Shown here in pieces: positions 1 to 7,237 of a stretch of DNA of 44,454 nt. How positions within the stretch are numbered: the stretch's first letter is position 1; every line of letters starts with the position of its first letter. The position numbers and the translations under genes are program-made. The DNA is from Escherichia phage Snoke: the sequence record MK931441.1; one strand, given 5' to 3'. Under the pieces are notes generated by a model. The model did not search any database, was not told where the DNA came from, and worked only from the letters and a program-made list of their open reading frames with translations.

Positions 1-12
1 AGGGCGCGTCTG

Positions 13-597
13 ATGCGCTCCGATGGTCAGACGCATATGTCAGGGGGTTATATGAAACTTACACTTAAGCAACCATCACCTGAGGTGGTGCAAGCTGCAC
101 ATGAAGAGGCTGTTAGCGCCAACCGTCGCCGTAAACGACCACGCGGCAAACAGAGCCTTTACCAGTCGTCCCGTAATTCCGCGGCATTGTGGAACCCGGA
201 CTATTGCGACGAGTTAATCCGGTTCTTCGACCGCAACTCGTGGGAACTCGTACCTACGTCCAAGGGTGACGAACGCCCGCTGATTCAGGATAAACCCCCG
301 TCACTGGCCCGCTTCGCCTTACACATCGGCGTCACTATCCCTATTATTAAGCTGTGGCTGCGTGAGATTCCGGCTTTCGCAGAAGCCTATGAAACCGCTC
401 AGGCGCTGGAAGAGGCGTATTTCACTGAGACCGGGGCCGCGGGTATCTCCGCTACGTTTGCTGCCGCGAAGTTAGGGTTAAGCAAAGAGAAACCGGTTGA
501 ATCCACCGAAGAGACCGCACCAACTGAGATTGTATTCACGGTAGCAGAGCCGGTAGGTAAAATCGTTACCACGAACATGGGTGAGGTAGAGGAATGA
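13..597 (+). CDS. putative terminase small subunit
   Basis: 194-aa ORF directly upstream of and overlapping (ATGA at 594-597) the large terminase gene; basic patch RRRKRPRGK; assigned by position only; start is 12 nt from window edge. Confidence 0.45.
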   Translation: MRSDGQTHMSGGYMKLTLKQPSPEVVQAAHEEAVSANRRRKRPRGKQSLYQSSRNSAALWNPDYCDELIRFFDRNSWELVPTSKGDERPLIQDKPPSLARFALHIGVTIPIIKLWLREIPAFAEAYETAQALEEAYFTETGAAGISATFAAAKLGLSKEKPVESTEETAPTEIVFTVAEPVGKIVTTNMGEVEE

Positions 598-1844
598 GTA
601 TTCAGCTATCAGCCCCTCAGGCGCTGTTCCTGAACTGCGATAACAAATACAAGGCCTATGTCGGTGGCTTCGGCAGCGGCAAGACGTTTGTCGGCTGCCT
701 CGACCTGCTTACGTTCATGCTTAAGCACCCTGGTACGCGCCTTGGCTACTTCGGACCGACCTACCCAGCTATCCGCGACATCTTCTACCCCACGTTCGAG
801 GAAGCGGCTAACCTCCTTGGCCTCGATGTTCTGGTTAAATCCGGCGACAAAGAGGTCGTCGTTACGCGCGGTAAGACTGTAATTGGTACAGTAATCTGCC
901 GCTCGATGGATAACCCCGGCTCGATAGTCGGCTTCAAAATCGCTGCTGCGGTAGTCGATGAATTAGACGTACTGAGCCGTGAGAAAGCGGAGCTAGCGTG
1001 GAACAAAATCGTGGCCCGTATGCGTCTGGTTATCCCTGGCGTAATTAACCACATCTCCGTCACTACGACGCCGGAGGGGTTCAAGTTCGTCTACGCCAAG
1101 TTCAAAGAGAACCCGACACCTAGCTACTCTATGGTGCAGGCGTCAACTCATGAGAACGCCAGGTTCCTGCCGCCGGATTACATCAGCTCGCTGACCGAGA
1201 CCTACCCGGCGCAGTTGATTAACGCCTACCTTAATGGTGAGTTCGTTAACCTTACTTCTGGCAGTGTCTACTACGCCTACGACCGACGAAAGCACCGCAG
1301 TAAAGAGACAATCAAACCTGGTGACACCCTGTACATCGGGCAGGACTTCAACGTTACGAAAAACGCCAGCGCCGTGTATGTGCAACGCCCTAACGGGTGG
1401 CACGCGGTAGCAGAACTGAAAGGGCTGTTCGACACTCCTGACACCGTGCGCGTTATTACCGAGAAGTGGAAGTCGCAAGGCCACCGCATCGTCGTGTATC
1501 CGGATGCCAGCGGAAAGAACCGCAAGACCAACTCGGCGTCAATCTCTGACATAGCCTTACTCCAGCAGGCCGGGTTCGATGTGCGGGCTAAATCTGCCAA
1601 TCCGCCGGTTAAGGACCGTGTTTTAGCCGTGAATACCGCGCTGGAAAAAGGTAAGCTGTGGGTTAATGACCACTTATGCCCTGAGATAGCGAAGACGCTG
1701 GAGCAGCAGGCATACGACGATAAAGGAGAGCCAGCTAAAGACGGCGTAATCGACCATATGGCGGATGCCCTCGGCTATCCTGTAGTTTACGAGATGCCGG
1801 TGGTTAAACCCGTAATCAACATCCCGGTGACTTTCGCACTTTAA
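594..1844 (+). CDS. terminase large subunit
   Basis: Walker A GGFGSGKT and Walker B-like VVDELD in N-terminal ATPase region; conserved position before portal gene. Confidence 0.85.
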   Translation: MSIQLSAPQALFLNCDNKYKAYVGGFGSGKTFVGCLDLLTFMLKHPGTRLGYFGPTYPAIRDIFYPTFEEAANLLGLDVLVKSGDKEVVVTRGKTVIGTVICRSMDNPGSIVGFKIAAAVVDELDVLSREKAELAWNKIVARMRLVIPGVINHISVTTTPEGFKFVYAKFKENPTPSYSMVQASTHENARFLPPDYISSLTETYPAQLINAYLNGEFVNLTSGSVYYAYDRRKHRSKETIKPGDTLYIGQDFNVTKNASAVYVQRPNGWHAVAELKGLFDTPDTVRVITEKWKSQGHRIVVYPDASGKNRKTNSASISDIALLQQAGFDVRAKSANPPVKDRVLAVNTALEKGKLWVNDHLCPEIAKTLEQQAYDDKGEPAKDGVIDHMADALGYPVVYEMPVVKPVINIPVTFAL

Positions 1845-1856
1845 GAGGATTATTCA

Positions 1857-3338
1857 ATGTTAACTATGAACGGTCAGAATCAGGGTGTTAAGACAAAACA
1901 CCGGGAATGGCTGCATCACTTCGATAAATGGCAGAAGGTACGCCACGCACTGGAAGGCGACCTTATCCGTTACCTGCGTAACGTCGGGAAGAACGAGCCG
2001 GACCCGACCTACGCGGCACAGCGGCAGGAAGAATACGAGAACGGCGCTATCTGCTACAACTTCACTAAACGTACCCTGGCGGGGATGGTCGGCAGTGTCA
2101 TGCGCAAAGACCCTGAGCAGATTATTCCGCCTGAACTGGAGTACCTGCTACGTAATGCCGACGGTTCCGGTGTCGGGCTGTGGCAGCACGCGCAGGACAC
2201 GCTGATGGAAATTGACTCAGTAGGCCGTGGCGGGTTGCTGGTGGACGCGCCGGAGACAGCAGCGGCAACGGCAGCAGAGCAGAACGCAGGATTATTAAAC
2301 CCGGTCATCGCGTTCTACACTGCGGAGAACATCATCAACTGGCGACTGACCCGCATCGGTTCGGTTAACCGTGTGACAATGGTCGTGCTGCGTGAGGTGT
2401 GGGAATACTCAGAACCTGGCGCAGAGTTTGAAACAAAGTTCGGTGAACAATACCGCGTTCTCGATTTGATTGACGGGCGCTACCGCCAGCGCATTTACCG
2501 CTTCGATGCCGAAGGTGGTGCGCAGGATGAAGTAATCGAAATATTCCCGGAACTCGGCGAACAGTTACGCGGTAAAATCCCGTTTACGTTCATTGGGGCA
2601 AGCAACAACGACGCCACTATAGACGATGCGCCTTTGCTGCCGTTGGCTGAACTCAATATCGGGCATTTCCGCAACAGCGCAGACAATGAGGAGTCCAGCT
2701 TCGTTGTAGGCCAGCCCACTCTGTTCATCGCCCCGGGCGGGAATATGAGCATGGAGCAGTGGAAAGAAGCCAACCCACACGGGGTACGCATGGGGTCGCG
2801 TTCAGGCCATAACATCGGTGAGGGCGGCAATGCGTTTCTGGTTCAGGCGGGGGAGAACAACCTCGCCAAGCAGAACATGCTGGATAAAGAGAATCAGGCC
2901 CTCCAGATTGGCGCACAGCTTATTACCCCGACGCAGCAAATCACCGCTGAATCGGCCCGTCTGCAACGTGGCGCTGATACGTCTGTTATGTCGACAATCG
3001 CACGTAACGTAAGCATGGCGTACACCGATGCGTTGCGCTGGGTAGCTGCGATGCTCGGGCTTAGTGACGGTACTGAGATTGAGTTCAAGCTGAATATGGA
3101 GTTCTTCCTGCAACCGATGACCGCTCAGGACCGCGCTCAGTGGATGGCGGACATTAATGCCGGTCTGCTGCCAGCGACCGCATACTACGCCGCGTTGCGT
3201 AAAGCAGGGGTGACTGACTGGACCGACGAGGATATTCAGAACGCTATTGAGGACGCACCTCTGCCGTTAGGTGCTGTTACTCAGGTGGCAGGAGAGATTC
3301 CGCAGTCGGTGCAGCAACAAGATGTCACTCAGCAGTAA
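1857..3338 (+). CDS. portal protein (putative)
   Basis: 493-aa ORF between large terminase and head morphogenesis gene; size and position typical of portal; no motif check possible by eye. Confidence 0.65.
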   Translation: MLTMNGQNQGVKTKHREWLHHFDKWQKVRHALEGDLIRYLRNVGKNEPDPTYAAQRQEEYENGAICYNFTKRTLAGMVGSVMRKDPEQIIPPELEYLLRNADGSGVGLWQHAQDTLMEIDSVGRGGLLVDAPETAAATAAEQNAGLLNPVIAFYTAENIINWRLTRIGSVNRVTMVVLREVWEYSEPGAEFETKFGEQYRVLDLIDGRYRQRIYRFDAEGGAQDEVIEIFPELGEQLRGKIPFTFIGASNNDATIDDAPLLPLAELNIGHFRNSADNEESSFVVGQPTLFIAPGGNMSMEQWKEANPHGVRMGSRSGHNIGEGGNAFLVQAGENNLAKQNMLDKENQALQIGAQLITPTQQITAESARLQRGADTSVMSTIARNVSMAYTDALRWVAAMLGLSDGTEIEFKLNMEFFLQPMTAQDRAQWMADINAGLLPATAYYAALRKAGVTDWTDEDIQNAIEDAPLPLGAVTQVAGEIPQSVQQQDVTQQ

Positions 3339-3348
3339 GTTCACATAT

Positions 3349-3370
3349 AGCCCCGAAAGGGGCTTTCTTA
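3349..3370 (+). terminator. stem-loop / weak intrinsic terminator after portal gene
   Basis: AGCCCC-GAAA-GGGGCT hairpin followed by TTCTTA. Confidence 0.4.
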
Positions 3371-3374
3371 TAGT

Positions 3375-5267
3375 ATGCTATTAACTTTAGCGCCACAGGG
3401 TTTATCTATGAGCTTACTTACATCTCTAATCAGCCACCAGATATGGCTGCAACGCACTGCATCCGGTGAGGTGAAAGACCTCGCGCCGTTCATTAAGGAG
3501 ATGCGGGACGAAATAAAACGGCAGGTGCTGTTATTCGGTGACGACGGGCGGAGCACTGCGCGACTGAATAAACTGTTACTCGACCTTGAAGAAGCGCTAA
3601 CCGGACTTACCGGCGATTGGCAAACAAAGCTGACAGAAGACCTTATGGAACTGGCGGCGTATGAGGCCGAGTGGAATGTAAAGACACTGACCACCAACGT
3701 AGATGCGGAATTTGTTACGCCTACTGCCGAACAGGTGTGGTCCGCTGCCGAGTTTCAACCCTTATCATTAAGCGACAAGCCTGTTGATTTCACTAAGCTG
3801 ATGTCGGGATGGGGTGAAACCGAAGTAGCACGTCTCGTAACCGGCGTTAAGATGGGCTTTGTTCAGGGTAAGACAACACGGCAGATTGTTAAGAATGTTG
3901 TTGGTGCTGGTGGTTTGGCGGACATTTCAGAACGTAACGCGGCTACTGTAATCCGCACCGCGCTGTCTCATGTATCCAACGAGGCCCGTAACGAGACGTA
4001 CCGCCAGAACGACGACATCATCGAGAAGTACGAGTGGGTGTCGACGCTGGACAGCCGTACCAGTACGATTTGTAGGGCCAGAGACGGAATGACGTGGGAA
4101 ATCGGTAAGGGGCCGATGCCCCCGGCCCATCCGAATTGTTTACTTGGGGACACTGTAGTATCTACCGGTAGTCCTGTTTCTAACATTTTTAAACGGGCGT
4201 ACAAAGGCACTGTAGTCTATGTCTCTACAAAGTCCGGTCGCACCTTGTCTATCACCCCAAACCACCAGGTATTGACTACCAGTGGTTGGGTTGCTTCCGG
4301 CCTTCTCAATGTAGGTGACAAGCTCGTGTGCGCTAAGGACTCTACTCTCTCTCTCAAGCATAAGGAACACAACGTTGTAGCCAAGTTCTCCGATTTGTTT
4401 AGTGCGGCTAATGTAGCGGTCAATCCTGCGGCGGTCCGTACAAGCCCAACCTCCACCGAAGACTTCCACGGCGACGGAACCGACGGCGAAGTCGAGATTG
4501 TACTTGTCGACCGCCTTTCCTGGGATAAAGTCAAGTCCGGACTGAATAAGCAAATCATTGACAAGGAACTCCCAGTGACTGCCGGCGTTGATGACTCCCT
4601 CCCTGGCTTTGGCTCTGCGAAGCAGTTCGGCATGGTCGGCCTTTCTCCCTCGGACAGCTTCGTGCGCGGCGGCAGAGAGAGCGAGGCGCTCCTCGGGAGT
4701 AGCTTTAGCCATTCTGATAAACATAGCGTCGCTACCTCCGCGAATGGTAACGCCGTTCTCTCTGAGAACGCGTATGACTGGACTACACGAAACGCCGATA
4801 ATCTTTCCGATTTCAACTGGTCCGATGCCGTTGGCGTAGAGCTTGATGATGTTGTCAATTTGGTCTTTAGTGAAGCTGATTTTTGCGGGCATGTTTATAA
4901 CCTCGAAAATGAACAGAACTGGTATCTTGCGAATGGAATTATAGCACATAACTGTCGCTCAACAACCGCGCCTGTAATCAGTTCGGAGTTCGACTTCCTC
5001 GATAAAGGCGCAAAACGCGCGGCTAAGGGCGCGGACGGCGGTATGCAGGTAAGCGCGGACACCACCTATTACGAGTTCCTGAAACAACAACCGGCATGGT
5101 TTCAGGACCAGGCGCTTGGTTCTGTTCGCGGTAAGATTTTCCGCAACAGCGGTATATCACCAGAGGAGTTTCGCGTAATATCTGTAGATGGTTTCGGGAA
5201 TCCGCTCACGCTTAAGCAGATGGCGGAACTCGATAAACGTGTTGCTGATTATCTGAAAGGGGATTAA
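3375..5267 (+). CDS. head morphogenesis protein precursor (Mu F / SPP1 gp7-like) containing an intein
   Basis: Extein carries the minor-head-protein signature DSRTSTICRARDG...PPAHPN-C-R; 630-aa precursor = about 358-aa extein plus 272-aa intein. Confidence 0.8.
   Translation: MLLTLAPQGLSMSLLTSLISHQIWLQRTASGEVKDLAPFIKEMRDEIKRQVLLFGDDGRSTARLNKLLLDLEEALTGLTGDWQTKLTEDLMELAAYEAEWNVKTLTTNVDAEFVTPTAEQVWSAAEFQPLSLSDKPVDFTKLMSGWGETEVARLVTGVKMGFVQGKTTRQIVKNVVGAGGLADISERNAATVIRTALSHVSNEARNETYRQNDDIIEKYEWVSTLDSRTSTICRARDGMTWEIGKGPMPPAHPNCLLGDTVVSTGSPVSNIFKRAYKGTVVYVSTKSGRTLSITPNHQVLTTSGWVASGLLNVGDKLVCAKDSTLSLKHKEHNVVAKFSDLFSAANVAVNPAAVRTSPTSTEDFHGDGTDGEVEIVLVDRLSWDKVKSGLNKQIIDKELPVTAGVDDSLPGFGSAKQFGMVGLSPSDSFVRGGRESEALLGSSFSHSDKHSVATSANGNAVLSENAYDWTTRNADNLSDFNWSDAVGVELDDVVNLVFSEADFCGHVYNLENEQNWYLANGIIAHNCRSTTAPVISSEFDFLDKGAKRAAKGADGGMQVSADTTYYEFLKQQPAWFQDQALGSVRGKIFRNSGISPEEFRVISVDGFGNPLTLKQMAELDKRVADYLKGD
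4137..4952 (+). mobile_element. intein (Hint domain), 272 aa
   Basis: Begins Cys1 CLLGDTVV (block A), SITPNHQVLT (block B, TxxH), ends VYNLENEQNWYLANGIIAHN (blocks F/G, terminal HN) followed by Cys+1 at 4953; splits conserved extein motif HPN|CR. Confidence 0.8.
4140..4892 (-). CDS. HTH + Vsr/DUF559-like PD-(D/E)XK endonuclease, candidate homing endonuclease encoded antisense to the intein
   Basis: Minus-strand ORF coextensive with the intein; ATG at 4892 preceded by GAGG with 8-nt spacer; N-terminal HTH (ISFTKDQIDNIIKLYANGIGPVEIGKIIGVSCSPVIRVLRENG) and nuclease signature SHWEFLVNDLL...YNLDFAVGSVAVEVFGGGW...RRRIDRYISRTKQIGELGYNVVF; ORF track gives upstream ATG at 4949 without SD. Confidence 0.6.
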   Translation of the reverse strand: MPAKISFTKDQIDNIIKLYANGIGPVEIGKIIGVSCSPVIRVLRENGVTIRGGSDAMFIRMAKATPEERLALSAAAHEAVRGRKADHAELLRRAKAREGVINAGSHWEFLVNDLLIQSGLDFIPGKAVDKYNLDFAVGSVAVEVFGGGWACTDRRRIDRYISRTKQIGELGYNVVFLMLERESRVLSAHELVTYIEKAGSNPTTGSQYLVVWGDRQGATGLCRDIDYSAFVRPFKNVRNRTTGRYYSVPK

Positions 5268-5728
5268 TGATGGGCTTTTTTAAAGTAACTGATGTGCCGT
5301 CGCGTCGCGTAGTCCAGTACGCCCGTGTATCCGGTTCTGGTGAGAACGTGGTGTCTATTGGGGACGAAAGTGTACTAGGTACACCGGTAGACGAGATGCC
5401 GTATGCGGACAAGACCGGTATCGCACTCTCTGCTGCTGGTATGCTTTATGAGATTCCGTATCGGGCAGATGCTGGTGATGTGTATTTCTCTGTGCAACCG
5501 AAAGACACCGAGCTGGTCGACGGTAGCGCCACCATCACCGTCGAAGTTAAGGCGGGTAAAGCGCCGTATGTACTGACCTGGTACAAAGACGGGAAGGAAG
5601 TGGTGAACGTCCCGGAAGAGGCTCTGTCTCTGACTGTTAATGCGGCTGGTGAATACTTCGTTAAAGTTACTGATGCCGATGGTGCGGAGGCCGTAAGCAA
5701 AGCGGCGAAGGTCTCTAAACCAGGATGA
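5267..5728 (+). CDS. Ig-like domain protein (virion-associated, function unknown)
   Basis: C-terminal beta-rich repeat with YVLTWYKDGKEV motif typical of bacterial Ig-like domains; start overlaps stop of morphogenesis gene. Confidence 0.5.
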   Translation: MMGFFKVTDVPSRRVVQYARVSGSGENVVSIGDESVLGTPVDEMPYADKTGIALSAAGMLYEIPYRADAGDVYFSVQPKDTELVDGSATITVEVKAGKAPYVLTWYKDGKEVVNVPEEALSLTVNAAGEYFVKVTDADGAEAVSKAAKVSKPG

Positions 5729-5730
5729 TA

Positions 5731-5760
5731 AAAGGCCCCATAATGGGGCCTTAGTTTTAT
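5731..5760. terminator. bidirectional intrinsic terminator
   Basis: AGGCCCCA-TAA-TGGGGCCT hairpin flanked by A-run upstream and T-run downstream, between convergent genes. Confidence 0.7.
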
Positions 5761-6278
5761 TTAAATCGCGCGGGCATTAACACCATAAAGGCCGTGTTTG
5801 AAAATTGTATTTTGCATCCTCTGGTTTGGTCCTGGAAATCGAAACGAGCAATTTCATTTTTGTATGCCTTAGAAATCTTGTACGCGTCTGCCAAATAGCG
5901 CAGAGTGAACCCTATACTACCGACAACACCCGGTGTGATGTGCGCCACGCGTCTCCAGTCAGGAAAGTTTCCTTCTACAACATCTACCGGAAGTGTACAT
6001 ATAAGCGCACGATTATCGTCATAGAAAGATACACTGCCGTTGTCGTGGTCTACCTCTGCGTAGTTAAATTTAGAAGGCTCTCTCCCTTTAATGTCGACGA
6101 GAACCCCTTTCTCAACGTTCGTCTTCACATTGTCGCAGAACAATCTATGACCGTCCGTAGACACTATCAATCCTTCAGGGTCTATGTAAAAAGCGTTCAA
6201 ATAGTAGCGAACATCATTTTTAGCCCTGCATATTTTCGCCCCTACATACGCAGGGAAAGTAATTACTGTAGTAACCAT
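5757..6278 (-). CDS. truncated DnaN-like protein (beta sliding clamp homolog, domain II plus partial domain III)
   Basis: 173 aa; DVRYYLNAF...STDGHRLFC, EGNFPDWRRV, IGFTLRYLADA and C-terminal FMVLMPARFK match, in order and spacing, E. coli DnaN motifs DVRYYLNG...ATDGHRLAVC, DGRFPDYRRV, IGFNVSYVLDVLNA and YVVMPMRL; strong SD AGGAGG 6 nt before ATG. Confidence 0.6.
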   Translation of the reverse strand: MVTTVITFPAYVGAKICRAKNDVRYYLNAFYIDPEGLIVSTDGHRLFCDNVKTNVEKGVLVDIKGREPSKFNYAEVDHDNGSVSFYDDNRALICTLPVDVVEGNFPDWRRVAHITPGVVGSIGFTLRYLADAYKISKAYKNEIARFDFQDQTRGCKIQFSNTAFMVLMPARFK

Positions 6279-6305
6279 TTTATGCCTCCTGTTTAAGTTA
6301 ACTGA

Positions 6306-6334
6306 ATAGTACCCTATTATATTGGTGCGCGCAA
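6306..6334 (-). promoter_or_regulatory. sigma70-type promoter (class II: TTGCGC-17-TACTAT) for DnaN-like gene
   Basis: Minus-strand TTGCGC, 17-bp spacer gcaccaatataataggg, TACTAT; spacer conserved with promoters at 15400, 37978, 38911. Confidence 0.55.
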
Positions 6335-6400
6335 ACTATTTGTTTACGTATTCCAGATATTCCACTCAATTGTAAACGTTGGAATAAACTATTCGAATAG

Positions 6401-6429
6401 TTGACTTTTCACTGAAAATATGCTAAGCT
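6401..6429 (+). promoter_or_regulatory. sigma70-type extended -10 promoter (class III: TTGACT-17-TGnTAAGCT), copy A
   Basis: TTGACT, 17-bp spacer ending TGC, TAAGCT; promoter plus about 45 nt of downstream leader nearly identical to 37681-37757. Confidence 0.55.
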
Positions 6430-6609
6430 CCACCTGAGCTTGTGAAGTATGAACAAGCGACCGCGGCGCGGGCAGGTAACGGAGCTGGACGTAAGTCCTG
6501 AGTGTAGTTACGCTGACGCGTTCGGAAGGGCCATACTCTATTGCTTGTGCAAAAAGTAACTGGTTTACTGAGATTACGCCGTTTCTATGTTTAAATGATA
6601 AGGACTAGC

Positions 6610-6637
6610 GCCCCGCTTTAAGGCGGGGCTTTACTTA
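6610..6637 (+). terminator. hairpin plus T-tract (attenuator/terminator-like) just upstream of spanin genes
   Basis: GCCCCGC-TTTAAG-GCGGGGC followed by TTTACTTA. Confidence 0.4.
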
Positions 6638-6653
6638 TCGAGAAAGGGGAAAC

Positions 6654-7046
6654 ATGAATCTTAAAGCAACTGTCGTAGCCAGAGCATGTTTCGTCGTCCT
6701 AGCCCTAGCCTACGCACACGGCATCTATCAATACCGCAGCGGCTGGGGTGAAGGCCGTGCTAATCTCGTTTCGCAGCAACAGCAGAAAGCACAGGCTGAG
6801 CTGACGAAGAAAACACAACGGCAGCAGCAGGATGAATCAAAGGCCGCCGCCGCTGACAACGAAGGCAAGACGAAATCAGAGGTGCTTACCCGTGAAGTCG
6901 TTAAGTACATTAAAACGCCTGGCCGCAGCGTGTGCACTTTCGACGATGCTCGCGTCCTGCTCAAGTCCCACGCCGTTGCCAACGCCAATTCCATCCCCGG
7001 ATACGACGATGATGCAGCCGCCGTGCAAACTGGCACCGCCAAGTAG
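6654..7046 (+). CDS. Rz-like i-spanin (putative)
   Basis: N-terminal transmembrane segment (VVARACFVVLALAYAHGIY), Q/K/E-rich helical region, C-terminal Cys; overlapped in +1 frame by lipoprotein ORF. Confidence 0.5.
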   Translation: MNLKATVVARACFVVLALAYAHGIYQYRSGWGEGRANLVSQQQQKAQAELTKKTQRQQQDESKAAAADNEGKTKSEVLTREVVKYIKTPGRSVCTFDDARVLLKSHAVANANSIPGYDDDAAAVQTGTAK

Positions 7047-7155
7047 CGACGCTGACGAGGATTTAGCTATCGACGTTCAGAACGCCGAATGTGTACGGCA
7101 ACTGAGACTGAAAGTGTTCATGTTGCAGGATTACGTGAGGAATATTCTGGAATAG
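6832..7155 (+). CDS. Rz1-like o-spanin lipoprotein (putative; start uncertain)
   Basis: +1 frame overlapping C-terminal part of Rz-like ORF; lipobox LASC after hydrophobic stretch LAAACALSTM; proline-rich mature part with Cys. Confidence 0.5.
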   Translation: MNQRPPPLTTKARRNQRCLPVKSLSTLKRLAAACALSTMLASCSSPTPLPTPIPSPDTTMMQPPCKLAPPSSDADEDLAIDVQNAECVRQLRLKVFMLQDYVRNILE

Positions 7156-7237
7156 TTGCCTTGTATGTTGGAATAATTTATTCTTGACATGTAAATCCGG
7201 GAGGCCCGGATTCCAACGTCCAGGGGACATACTGACT

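Noticed and set aside
4217-4858. Second minus-strand ORF (213 aa) inside the intein in another frame
   Set aside because: S/T/P-rich low-complexity translation with no domain signature; the other antisense frame (4140-4892) carries the HTH and nuclease motifs and a proper SD.
4893-4949. Upstream ATG at 4949 as start of the antisense endonuclease ORF
   Set aside because: No Shine-Dalgarno upstream of 4949; the ATG at 4892 has GAGG at 8 nt and precedes the HTH directly. Not excluded, only less likely.
6449-6556. Short ORF (MNKRPRR...) within the conserved leader downstream of the class III promoter
   Set aside because: The second copy at 37729 shares the first seven codons, then a 1-nt indel changes the frame and the products diverge completely; conservation is at RNA/DNA level, not protein level.
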